Part shown: positions 19,145 through 28,024 of the stretch, piece by piece
Numbering within the stretch: the stretch's first letter is position 1
How the letters are laid out: each line of letters starts with the position of its first letter
From: Thermococcaceae archaeon
Lineage (GTDB): Archaea > Methanobacteriota_B > Thermococci > Thermococcales > Thermococcaceae
DNA length: 64,000 nucleotides
Direction: 5' to 3'
Assembly (NCBI GenBank): GCA_030156945.1
Contig: JASGLT010000010.1
Coordinates: forward strand, 1,068-65,067
Position numbers and translations under genes: made by a program
The notes under the pieces: model-generated
What the model was told of the DNA's origin: nothing
Seen by the model: the letters and a program-made list of their open reading frames with translations, nothing else
Database searches by the model: none

Positions 19145-19581
19145 GTGAAAAGTAGAAAAACAGCCACTTTGTCAGTAGTTTTTTTACTGTTTTGATATTG
19201 AGTAGCCTTGCTGGAGCTCTTAACATGGTGCAGATGCAGGCCAGAAACAGTCACGTAACATCCAAAGAGGCAATTATCGTGGCCCAAAATCACATGTACT
19301 GGATTTCGGAGCACATACCCAACTTCGAGGACTGGCAAGATGCAAAGCTTTCTCGGCCCGTTGTGTACTACTTCCCAAATGGAACAAGGAGCGCCTATGA
19401 GTTCACCGTGCTTGTGAACGGCAAACCCAACGGATTTATACTCGTGGCGGCGCAGAGGTATATGCCCCCCATTCTTGAGTTTGGGAAGGGAGAAGCACCG
19501 AGCAAGAGGCTGGGAAGAATTGGTACAGTCAGAACTCAGGGATTTTTAACAAAAATAGTTCCACAGGGGGCGAGCTCGTGA
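19145..19581 (+). pseudogene. Frameshifted and 3'-truncated secreted cysteine-protease-like precursor (signal peptide plus prodomain only)
   Basis: GTG 19145 gives MKSRKTATLSVVFLLF*. Adding one base in the T7 or T4 run joins it to 'LILSSLAGA...'. 'SAYEFTV...GFILVAAQRYMPPILEFG' resembles Spi/streptopain-type prodomains; no catalytic domain follows. Confidence 0.6.
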
Positions 19582-20045
19582 ATTCCAGAGAACTCTTCCT
19601 TTATCTTTTTGTCCTTACCTCGGCAACGGCTTGGGAACTTTTCCTCGCATACCTACCAGGGTTTCGCAGCTACTTCACCAGGAGTGGGGTAATTCACCTT
19701 GAGAGGGGAGTCGTTAAATGCTGGAAGGAGTACTCCCCCTCATTAACTTTCGTCATCCTCGCTCTCCTTCCGGCTATAGTCCTCATTGCGCTGCACATCT
19801 ACCTGAAAAATCCCATCCTCAAGAAGTCGGGCCTATCGGTTGGAATAACAACACTCTTCGTAATACTGATGGCGTTTATCACGAGCGGCGAGCCCTGGCT
19901 TCTAACCCTGCTCCTCGTCTCAATCATGACGGGCGCGGCTTTGGGGGAGGACAAGGTGGAGAAGGCTCTGCTCGCAATCCAGGGGTTCATCCCCGCGACC
20001 GTACTTCTCATCGCCATGGGCTTGTGGCTCAATGCCAAGTGCTGA
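19578..20045 (+). CDS. Hypothetical membrane protein, paralogue of 16286-16756
   Basis: GTG start overlaps the upstream stop (GTGA). About 45% identical to 16286-16756 by my manual alignment. Confidence 0.8.
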   Translation: MNSRELFLYLFVLTSATAWELFLAYLPGFRSYFTRSGVIHLERGVVKCWKEYSPSLTFVILALLPAIVLIALHIYLKNPILKKSGLSVGITTLFVILMAFITSGEPWLLTLLLVSIMTGAALGEDKVEKALLAIQGFIPATVLLIAMGLWLNAKC

Positions 20046-20424
20046 GAGAGAGGCATGCCTCTGGAGATATTTTCCAAACCCCTCCCTCACCCTATCAACC
20101 TCCTGGGGGGTTCTTCCTGACCTATGATCTTCGCTGGCTGAGTCAGTAATATGGTGAAGTCGAGACGAGAGCAGGTCCTAAGGAGCTTCGCCACTGCTTT
20201 GGGGCACACCTAAATGGCCGTTAAGTTCTCTTTGAAAACCCGAGATGGTACTTTGGGTATTGCTCCCGGCCTTAATTAGTGTTGACGCGATTATAGATGG
20301 TAATAAGAGATAAAACGCTAATTTCAGTTCGGGGCTTTGTATGCAGCTTTATTCTTTATTTTTAAATCTCTTTTGCTGACGGCTCTTGCGGTAAGATGTT
20401 GGAGGGGAACGAAGCAGTGGGGCC

Positions 20425-21330
20425 TTACTGCTCTCCAAAAATCCTGTCCACGAACCACTTCTCGTCAAATGGTCTGAGGTCTCCATAACCCTGCCCGACG
20501 CCCACGAAGAGTATTGGCGCGCCTATCGCGTGACTTATGCTCAAAGCGGCCCCACCCCTTGCATCCGCGTCGAGCTTGGTGAGTATGACACCATCTATCC
20601 TCACTGCCTCGTTGAACTGCTTGGCCTGCTCGACGACGGCGTTACCTCCAAGGGAGTCCCCAACAAAGATCACCAGGTCTGGTTTGGTGACCCTTGCTAT
20701 CTTCTTCATCTCATCCATGAGGTTCCTGTTCAACTCATTTCTTCCAGCCGTGTCTATCAGAACCACATCAATTCCCCTCGCCTTTGCGTGCTGGATGGCG
20801 TCATAGGCCACAGCAGCAGGATCTGCGCCGTAGTCGTGCTTGATAACCTTGACACCAACCCTCTTCGCATGCTCTTCAAGCTGTTCTATAGCACCCGCCC
20901 TGAAGGTGTCGCTCGCCGCTATTACGACGCTGAACCCATTCTTCTTGAGCCAGTGGGCAAGCTTTGCTATGGTTGTGGTCTTCCCGCTCCCGTTGAAGCC
21001 TACAAAGGCTATGACGAAGGGCTTTTCCTCTTTTGATTTTATCATCTCGATGAGGTCTATCCTCTTTTCAGGAGCTAAAATCTCAATTATAGCCTCTTTT
21101 ATGGCATTCTCCACGATTTCCCTCTTATTTGAGCCTATCCTCACCTTTTGGCCCACGAGCTTTTCCTTTATCTTATCCTTCAGGGCCTCGACCGTTTCGA
21201 AGGCAACATCGGACTCAAGCAACTCAATCTCCAGGTCCCACAGAGCCTTTTCAACGTCTTTCTCGCTGATCTCAGTCTGAGAAACCTTGTCCACAAACGA
21301 GTTGAGCCGCTCCTTCAGCTTTCCCAGCAT
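20425..21330 (-). CDS. ftsY: Signal recognition particle receptor FtsY
   Basis: '[15 protein letters not shown]', 'DTFRAGA', 'DTAGR', '[10 protein letters not shown]'. GGTGAG RBS before ATG 21330; TATA TTTATATA at 21363-21370 (minus). Confidence 0.97.
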   Translation of the reverse strand: MLGKLKERLNSFVDKVSQTEISEKDVEKALWDLEIELLESDVAFETVEALKDKIKEKLVGQKVRIGSNKREIVENAIKEAIIEILAPEKRIDLIEMIKSKEEKPFVIAFVGFNGSGKTTTIAKLAHWLKKNGFSVVIAASDTFRAGAIEQLEEHAKRVGVKVIKHDYGADPAAVAYDAIQHAKARGIDVVLIDTAGRNELNRNLMDEMKKIARVTKPDLVIFVGDSLGGNAVVEQAKQFNEAVRIDGVILTKLDADARGGAALSISHAIGAPILFVGVGQGYGDLRPFDEKWFVDRIFGEQ

Positions 21331-21377
21331 TATTCTCACCAAAATTGGAGAGCCGGACGGGATATATAAACGTTTAT

Positions 21378-21435
21378 GCCCTCGGCGATAGCTGGTCTCA
21401 TCACGCCTCAGACCCGAAGCCACTCGTCATCGGGC
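21378..21435 (-). ncRNA. Box C/D methylation-guide sRNA (double guide)
   Basis: Minus strand: GCCCG-ATGACGA(C)-GTGGCTTCGGGT-CTGA(D')-GGC-GTGATGA(C')-GACCAGCTATCG-CCGA(D)-GGGC. It has a terminal GCCC/GGGC stem, two 12-nt guides and an intergenic location. Confidence 0.87.
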
Positions 21436-21465
21436 AAGCTCACAAGTTTTCCCGTACTTACGGTA

Positions 21466-21921
21466 TTAGCTTCGCTTTATGTATGTTTTCCTGTCAACTA
21501 TCCTGCCATTCTTGAGCCGCAGTACATCCACCCTCTCAAACCCCACGGTTTCCCTTCTGTATGCAATTAAATAATCAATGAATTCGCTAATTCCATAGCG
21601 GGTTATGGAGTCCTTAACGTATTTTCTCTCGTACAGAAGAACGAGCTTGTCCCTGTGCCCCGCCAGCCATTTGTTAAGTTGCTCCCTTTCAGCCTTCGGA
21701 CGCGAGAGAGGATTTATTATCAGATAGACATCGAAGTCGTCGCTCTCGAACGGCGAGCCAATGTAGACATCTCCCTCCACGCTGAAGGGGAGTGCCTCGG
21801 CCAAGATTTTTCTTCCATCCTCCTCCCACGCTCTAAGATAGACCCTGGAAATCTTTTTGCCGTCGCCCGTTACCAAGATAACCCCCGAAGTGAGGTTCAA
21901 AATATCTTTCAGCGCTGACAT
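21466..21921 (-). CDS. Conserved hypothetical protein
   Basis: Open frame with Thermococcales-like codon usage. The start is uncertain because the upstream part of the listed ORF overlaps a T-rich terminator. Confidence 0.7.
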   Translation of the reverse strand: MSALKDILNLTSGVILVTGDGKKISRVYLRAWEEDGRKILAEALPFSVEGDVYIGSPFESDDFDVYLIINPLSRPKAEREQLNKWLAGHRDKLVLLYERKYVKDSITRYGISEFIDYLIAYRRETVGFERVDVLRLKNGRIVDRKTYIKRS

Positions 21922-21998
21922 TGGAACTGGCTTGGAAAAGCAGATTAAAACTCTTTCGCAGGTCTTCCAAGACAGGAAAAAAATAAGAGCCAAAACTT

Positions 21999-22988
21999 TC
22001 ACTTCTTGAGCAGAACTCCAAAGGCCGTGCCGAGAGTGAGTCCAACGAGCAGTGAGATCACTGCATAGCGGGTAACATTGCCCCTGGCCGCAGGCGCGCT
22101 CGTGCAGGTCTTGCCTTCGAGGGCCTTTAAAATTGCCGCACTGTTTTCAATCAAAACTTCGGTGTACGGCCTGTCACTCCAGAACACCGTTATCTCCGCC
22201 AGGGGCCTTCCGCTTTTTGAAGCAAGCTCTCTGGCACTTTCTTTCATCTGTTCTGGACTCTCCCTCATGTAAACTATAATGTCAACACTTTTAGCTACCG
22301 ATAGAAGCTCATCAGCTCCCACGGCAGGGACCTCTTCCTCGGGCTTTATCGATGCAACTGGTTTTATTCCGAGCCACTCCAGGGCATACTGACAGGAGGG
22401 CATCTGGATCACGGCGGTATGATTGCCCTCCACAAGGTGCCTGTAGGAAGTGACAATCACGTTCACCCGCGCCTCGAAGTTTTCATACTTGGTTTGATAG
22501 GTGAGGGCATTCGCAGGATCCCTGCTTTTTAGGGCCTTCTCAACTGCCCTTGCTATTGCCAAAGCGTTTTGAGGATCGAGCCAGACCCCGTGGGGGTTAT
22601 CCTTTCCAGTGTACCAATGCTCCGGTAGGTAGCGAAAACCTTCGGCAGCGTACTCATCCAGAAAAAGCACTTCCCCTCCAATGCTCCCCTCGGATTTCAG
22701 TTCCTCAATCTTCTTCTCCACCGGCAGGTGCCCTCCAGTGGTGACCACAACATCGGCCCGCTGGAGTAAGGCTATCTGCTCGGCGCTCAGCTGGTACTCA
22801 TGGGGATCCGCTCCAAGGGGGATTAGATAGACCACGTCCACAGAGTCTCCAAACGCGTCCTCAACTATTGCAGCGAGGGGCCCTATCGTTGCTACCACTA
22901 ACGGCTTTTTCCCATCCCCCATTACTGGATGAGCGAAAAGCATCCAAATCAGTATCATAACTGGAACCGCCTTCTTCATTTCGGTCAC
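21999..22988 (-). CDS. Metal ABC transporter substrate-binding protein (ZnuA/TroA family) with C-terminal membrane anchor
   Basis: 'VVATIGPLAAIV', 'GADPHEYQL', 'NPHGVWLDP'; C-terminal hydrophobic helix followed by KK. Confidence 0.88.
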   Translation of the reverse strand: MTEMKKAVPVMILIWMLFAHPVMGDGKKPLVVATIGPLAAIVEDAFGDSVDVVYLIPLGADPHEYQLSAEQIALLQRADVVVTTGGHLPVEKKIEELKSEGSIGGEVLFLDEYAAEGFRYLPEHWYTGKDNPHGVWLDPQNALAIARAVEKALKSRDPANALTYQTKYENFEARVNVIVTSYRHLVEGNHTAVIQMPSCQYALEWLGIKPVASIKPEEEVPAVGADELLSVAKSVDIIVYMRESPEQMKESARELASKSGRPLAEITVFWSDRPYTEVLIENSAAILKALEGKTCTSAPAARGNVTRYAVISLLVGLTLGTAFGVLLKK

Positions 22989-23041
22989 CCTAATTCAACT
23001 TTCAGGAAAACTTTTTAAGAGTTCTCCCCCTTGTACTCCTG

Positions 23042-24835
23042 GTGGTTGTCTTGAAAAGACCTGCAGTGTTAATAACTCTAGTCCTCCTTATTGTTGCCGC
23101 CCCGGCTTCAGCTTACCAGGAAAGCTCCAGCGTTACTTTAGAAATCAACCCTAACGCGGAGCTCCTTGGGGTTGTCTATTACCTCGCCTTTGGCAACGAC
23201 ACCTTCGTGGTGGACAGAGGAGACTACATCCGGGAAGTTGAGGCGTATTTCGGAGAGTACAGGAATTCCAAGGTAGTATCCATCATCCAAGATTACTTCT
23301 CCAACGCCAGGAGCATCTCGGAGCGGGATTACTACCTTATGATGCTCGAGTACTACCTTCTCCTCTGCTCTGAACCGCCCGAGCTGAAACCCCTCACCGA
23401 TCTGGACTACCCCTGGTTCGAAGAGGTTTTCCTCCCAGCGCTGCGGAGTTTTGCAGAGGATACTAACTTCATGGAGTTCTACCGTTCGCATCAGAACTAC
23501 TACGAGGAAGATCTCAGCATTTACAGGAGAGCCCTCTCACTCCTCCCCCCGGATGATTTCATGGCAGAACAAGCAGGGGTTTCAAACGTAAGATACGTTT
23601 TCCTCCACCCATATCTCGTTGCAGTTCACGGCCACAGCTTCAGCCCAGAACTTAATGGAATCACCTACTGGGGAGCAGGGGGGATGATACCCCTCGTCAG
23701 GAGAATTCCCCAGAGAACCTTCTGGAGCTACAAAACAGCCCGCGACACGATGTTCGGCCTCCCCCTCAACAGAGATGTGATAAACTCAAGCTACCTGGAT
23801 GAGTTGATTTACCTTGGGTTCATCTACCACGAGCTCGGCCATGATGCAACCATGCCGGCACTCAACACCAACCTTCGGGATTACGAGTACCTCCAGGATG
23901 CCATAGAAGAAGACATGCCTTATCTGGCAAGATACGACATGCACTTCTGGAACCCCGCTGGAATGATTTACGAGGGTTTTGCAGATGCCTGGGAGGACTA
24001 CGCCCTTTCCCACGTCGACGGAAACTACTCCCTGCTCGCCATGTACATGCAGAAGGCCTGGGGAGAGTTCTGGATGGAGAGCCTCCTCTATTCCCTTCAG
24101 GACTGTGCCCTTGGAGTCAGTGCCGGAAGCTATCCGAACCTGACCGCCTGCGTCCCAGAGGCCCTTGAGTCCTTGAAAAAGCTTGCATCTCCGGAAAACG
24201 TCAGCATAGTCTACGAAAATGAAGTCCCAGTTACTCCGCTAAGGGCCTTTGATAGGGCAGCCCAGACGGGGAGAGTTATAATCGTCTACGGAACCCAGAA
24301 CCCAGACAAAAGCGGCGTTGAATACGATAAAGCGACCGCCGAGATGATAGCGGAGAACCTCAGGAAGTTTTACTCTCAGTGGCCCGGACATGTAGAGGTT
24401 CTCGTTAAGGCCGACAGAGAAGTGACCAAAGAAGACCTGAAGGAGAACCTGGTTCTCATCGGGGGCCCCGTTGCCAATGCCCTCGTAAAGAGCTTCGAAG
24501 GGCAATTCCCCTTCAAATTCGTCCAAGTAACTGGAGACTGGAAACTGGCCTATGCGTGCGACATATCCAACAACTGCACCACTTACCGGCCAGTTTTCTT
24601 TACAATCACCAACGAAAGCGTCAAGAGGAGCACCTACCTGCTCACTGACAACGCTTCGGTCATACTCACGGTCAGAAACCCCTTCAATCCTGAGAACTAC
24701 GTGACGTGGATAGCGGGAGAGAACAGGGAGCTTACAAGGCTGTACACAAACCCGACCTACTACCTGAGCAGCTATGAGGTATATGATGGAAAAGAAATTC
24801 AAATAGGGTTCTACGTTCAGCCGCTTTCTTCTTGA
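23042..24835 (+). CDS. Secreted DUF4932-type protein with HExxH motif and S-layer-like C-terminal domain
   Basis: Signal peptide; 'LEINPNAELLGVVYYLA'; 'YHELGH'; downstream 'YEGFADA'; C-terminal 'NLVLIGGPVANALVK'. Confidence 0.75.
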   Translation: MVVLKRPAVLITLVLLIVAAPASAYQESSSVTLEINPNAELLGVVYYLAFGNDTFVVDRGDYIREVEAYFGEYRNSKVVSIIQDYFSNARSISERDYYLMMLEYYLLLCSEPPELKPLTDLDYPWFEEVFLPALRSFAEDTNFMEFYRSHQNYYEEDLSIYRRALSLLPPDDFMAEQAGVSNVRYVFLHPYLVAVHGHSFSPELNGITYWGAGGMIPLVRRIPQRTFWSYKTARDTMFGLPLNRDVINSSYLDELIYLGFIYHELGHDATMPALNTNLRDYEYLQDAIEEDMPYLARYDMHFWNPAGMIYEGFADAWEDYALSHVDGNYSLLAMYMQKAWGEFWMESLLYSLQDCALGVSAGSYPNLTACVPEALESLKKLASPENVSIVYENEVPVTPLRAFDRAAQTGRVIIVYGTQNPDKSGVEYDKATAEMIAENLRKFYSQWPGHVEVLVKADREVTKEDLKENLVLIGGPVANALVKSFEGQFPFKFVQVTGDWKLAYACDISNNCTTYRPVFFTITNESVKRSTYLLTDNASVILTVRNPFNPENYVTWIAGENRELTRLYTNPTYYLSSYEVYDGKEIQIGFYVQPLSS

Positions 24836-25128
24836 GAGTCTTCCGTCCCGTTCTTTTCTTTTCCGTTGCTCTTGATGTGGGGTTTTCCAATGGCTATCGT
24901 GAACCCCTTAAAGCTGTCGTCCTTCCTGTTGAACTCTATTGCCAGCGGGAGGTCATTGTCCTCGTTGAAGACTATCCTCACGATCCTCGCCCGGGAGTGA
25001 TCGTTTAAGTAATCCTCCTTGAGCGCCTCGTAGTTTTCGATGACCTGGTGGATACTTTCGCTGTGCATCTCGTAGATTTCCTTGGCATAGACGCTGTGGT
25101 TTTTTATCTCCTCTACTTTTTTATCCAT
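24817..25128 (-). CDS. Small hypothetical protein
   Basis: Open frame directly downstream of the PRTase gene; GGAGTGA RBS. Confidence 0.7.
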   Translation of the reverse strand: MDKKVEEIKNHSVYAKEIYEMHSESIHQVIENYEALKEDYLNDHSRARIVRIVFNEDNDLPLAIEFNRKDDSFKGFTIAIGKPHIKSNGKEKNGTEDSQEESG

Positions 25129-25146
25129 GTCCAAGCTATCACTCCC

Positions 25147-25794
25147 TCAGGCTTTGCGCCATTTCCCGTCCCTGAACTTAAAAATCTTCCTGTATTCTGC
25201 CATTCTCAGTGCCTCCTCAAGCTTGCTCCTCGGAACCTCAAGCCCGTGGAGCTCCTTGAAAAGCTCAAGTATCTCGTCGGTGCTCACTTCCTCCCTCTCT
25301 TCGAATATGTTGCCCACGAGGTTTATCATGTCCTCAACGAAGTTCCAGGGGAACACTACCCAAGCCCACTCAATTTCCTCCGCATAGTAGTCGGGCCTAA
25401 AGCGAGAGCCCTTTATTGTGAGAAGCGTTGCAGTCCTGACCTCTTCTGGATTTTGACTCTCAACGTAGTTCTTTGCGAGAGTAAGGCTCTCTCCCGTGTC
25501 ACTGATGTCGTCAACAATGAGAACCTTCTTTCCGCTCAGGTCGTAGTTGGTACCGTACTTGAGCCGGGCTTTTCCGTCAGGGGTCGCAGTAACACCCCAG
25601 TGTTCCACCTTGAGGCTGACGAGGTCCTTAACGCCTATGTAGTCGCAGTAAAGCCTCGCTGCAACCCAGCCGCCGCGGGCAAGGCCCACAACAACGTCAG
25701 GCCTCCACCCCTCTTCCAGAACCTTCCATGCACCCTCTTTGGCCCATCTCTCGATATCGTCCCAAGAAGCGAGTATAGCCGGGAACTTCTTCAT
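25147..25794 (-). CDS. Purine phosphoribosyltransferase (type I PRTase)
   Basis: 'VVGLARGG', PRPP loop 'VLIVDDISDTGESL', 'WVVFPWN'. Confidence 0.92.
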   Translation of the reverse strand: MKKFPAILASWDDIERWAKEGAWKVLEEGWRPDVVVGLARGGWVAARLYCDYIGVKDLVSLKVEHWGVTATPDGKARLKYGTNYDLSGKKVLIVDDISDTGESLTLAKNYVESQNPEEVRTATLLTIKGSRFRPDYYAEEIEWAWVVFPWNFVEDMINLVGNIFEEREEVSTDEILELFKELHGLEVPRSKLEEALRMAEYRKIFKFRDGKWRKA

Positions 25795-25905
25795 TGGATT
25801 TCCCTTAACGGAGCAAAAACTAAGACTTATTTAAACCTTTTGGATAACACCAAGGGGGTTTACAAGTTCCTGCTAAAAATCAATGCAAGTTAGACATAAG
25901 GGCCC

Positions 25906-26820
25906 TCATAACTTAATAACTGCCTCAAAAATCGACCTGTGATCTCCGAAGGCCTCAAACATCCTGTGAGAGTATTTTGCAGCCGCAACTTCGAGAAAAG
26001 ACTCAATACTTGCCGTTATCTCATCGTTCATCGGCATGTGGAGCGGCATTGGAGTGTAGAAGTCGATGCCCTTTATCAAGGCCGTTGCAAAGTACCAGAG
26101 GCTTTTCTTCACTTTTCTGCCTCTAACCGGAGAGAAATTGGCCCCAGAACAGTTGAAACCAGCATGGGTGACGATTATCTTCTCCACCTCAACGCCTTTA
26201 TTCAGCATTTTCCTTCTCTCCACGTCCGTTCGGATATCCTTTATCCTGTACCCGCTTTTGGTCTCAGCATCATAGTCAACTTTAACCCCGTATATCTCCT
26301 CTATCCGGGGGTCGTAAACCAGGACATCTGTGCCGCCGGTTACGTAAATGGCCGAGTCCCTAACTTCCACCACAGTGTTCTCCGTGCTCAGAACCTTGTA
26401 GCCTTCTGAGAGCGCCAGGGCTGATATAGTGCTCTTTCCCGTATGGGGGTAACCCACGAAGAGAAGAGCCTTTCCATCTGGCTTAAGAACACCCACAGAA
26501 TCCGTCAAAAATATCTTGCCCCTCTTGGCACCTGCCCTTGATATCGCCTGAAGCAGAAAGAAGACGGGGGCCTCATTTCCGTAGGCGGCAGGAAGGGGTG
26601 ATTCCACCTTGTATTCATCAACTCCCCCGTGATCATAAATCGCCGAAAATACTCTAAATTCATCCCCCACAAACCGATCCACGATGACCTGGGGCTCACA
26701 ATCACATCTCTCGACATCGGGAAGATACCTGCGAGCAAATAAGGTCTCAAAAGCTTCCAAGAACCCATCACCAAGTTCCCCTTCAAACTTTACCGGGATT
26801 CCTGCAATAGAGAGTACCAT
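25906..26820 (-). CDS. HPr-kinase-like P-loop protein
   Basis: 'GKALLFVGYPHTGKSTISALAL' (Walker A), followed by 'YKVLSTENTVV' where HprK-like proteins have the 'LxxDD' strand. Confidence 0.65.
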   Translation of the reverse strand: MVLSIAGIPVKFEGELGDGFLEAFETLFARRYLPDVERCDCEPQVIVDRFVGDEFRVFSAIYDHGGVDEYKVESPLPAAYGNEAPVFFLLQAISRAGAKRGKIFLTDSVGVLKPDGKALLFVGYPHTGKSTISALALSEGYKVLSTENTVVEVRDSAIYVTGGTDVLVYDPRIEEIYGVKVDYDAETKSGYRIKDIRTDVERRKMLNKGVEVEKIIVTHAGFNCSGANFSPVRGRKVKKSLWYFATALIKGIDFYTPMPLHMPMNDEITASIESFLEVAAAKYSHRMFEAFGDHRSIFEAVIKL

Positions 26821-26941
26821 TCACCAATCACCCTCATGCCTACAGATGGGATCGTGAGTGAGTTTTGCCCCAAAAATATAAAGCTATCGATGTCAGATTT
26901 CCGGAACAAAAATTTATAAAAAATGGAACAAATTCGACAGC

Positions 26942-28024
26942 ATGAGCATCGAAGACGAGAAGTTCATGAGGCTCGCCCTTGAGCTGGCGAAGCGCGGGGA
27001 GGGCTGGGTAAATCCGAATCCAATGGTTGGGGCGGTTATAGTAAAGGATGGGAAGATAATAGGCATGGGCTGGCACAGAAAGTTCGGCGAGAAGCACGCC
27101 GAGGTCAACGCGATAGAGGACGCCAAGGCCAAAGGTTACGACGTTAGGGGAGCGACCATGTACGTGACCCTTGAGCCCTGCTCCCACTTGGGTAAGCAGC
27201 CACCGTGCGCCGACAGGATAATCCAGGAGGGCTTTAAGCGTGCTGTCGTTTCTATGAAGGATCCGAACCCGCTCGTGGCCGGCCGGGGAATAGAGAAGAT
27301 GAGGAAAGCAGGAATAGAAGTAGAAGTTGGCCTCCTTGAGGAGGAAGCGAGGAAGCTCAACGAAATCTTCATCAAATACATCACAACCAAGATCCCCTTC
27401 GTCTCGATAAAACTCGCCCTAACGCTCGACGGCTTTATAGCAACGGAAACTGGTTCCTCACAGTGGATAACTGGAGAAAAAGCCCGGGGGAGGGTTCAGG
27501 AGCTCAGGAGAAAGCACATGGCGATAATGGTTGGTTCTGGAACGGTTTTAGCCGATAACCCGAGGCTCAACTGCAGGCTTGAGAACTGTCCCGAGAAAGT
27601 CAAGGTGATCCTCGACCGCTCCGGCAGGGTGGCCGATGAAATAAGAAGGGGACGGAAGTTCCGCCTCTTCGAGGACGGAAGGGTTATCTTCTTCACGGAA
27701 AAGCTGGGGAAGTTCGAGGGGATAGCGGAGGCCTACCCGATAACCGAGCCAGCCGAGATTCTGAAGAAGCTCGGCGAGCTCGGGATAGACAGCGTCCTGA
27801 TAGAGGGCGGCAGAATAGCCTGTCAGTTCCTGCCTTTCGCGGATAAGTTCTACCTGTTCTACGGGCCGAAGCTCTTTGGGAGAGGGATAAAGCCCTTCGA
27901 GTGCCTCAAGGTCGAGAACGCCAACATGGCCCCTCTGCTTAAGATTGAATCAATCGAGAGGCTCGGCGAGAGCTTCCTCGTTACCGCTTATCCGGGTGGT
28001 GGAGATGTTCACGGGGATAGTTGA
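26942..28024 (+). CDS. ribD: Bifunctional diaminohydroxyphosphoribosylaminopyrimidine deaminase/reductase
   Basis: 'NPNPMVGAVIV', 'HAEVNA', 'TLEPCSH...PPC', 'TLDGFIA', 'VLIEGG'. Confidence 0.97.
   Translation: MSIEDEKFMRLALELAKRGEGWVNPNPMVGAVIVKDGKIIGMGWHRKFGEKHAEVNAIEDAKAKGYDVRGATMYVTLEPCSHLGKQPPCADRIIQEGFKRAVVSMKDPNPLVAGRGIEKMRKAGIEVEVGLLEEEARKLNEIFIKYITTKIPFVSIKLALTLDGFIATETGSSQWITGEKARGRVQELRRKHMAIMVGSGTVLADNPRLNCRLENCPEKVKVILDRSGRVADEIRRGRKFRLFEDGRVIFFTEKLGKFEGIAEAYPITEPAEILKKLGELGIDSVLIEGGRIACQFLPFADKFYLFYGPKLFGRGIKPFECLKVENANMAPLLKIESIERLGESFLVTAYPGGGDVHGDS

Noticed and set aside
20046-20330. Minus-strand fragments resembling a tyrosine-recombinase C-terminus ('GVP-KAVAKL', 'LGPALVSTSPYY')
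   Set aside because: Needs several frameshifts, there is no HxLR box, and no tRNA or att site is nearby; chance similarity cannot be excluded without tBLASTn.
21921-22002. N-terminal extension of the 178-aa ORF, or a frameshifted TTG start (MEDLR-RVLICF)
   Set aside because: The extension overlaps a T-rich terminator. The alternative start needs an unverified 1-nt correction.
25048-25893. Long antisense ORFs (also 43470-44441, 59743-60645, 17937-18818, 5738-6421, 10811-11437 and others)
   Set aside because: They mirror well-supported genes on the opposite strand and are expected from GC-rich third-position codon bias; no RBS or motifs.
26821-26941. FMN riboswitch upstream of ribD (and TPP riboswitch at thiC/thi4)
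   Set aside because: The leaders are too short and lack the conserved aptamer sequences.
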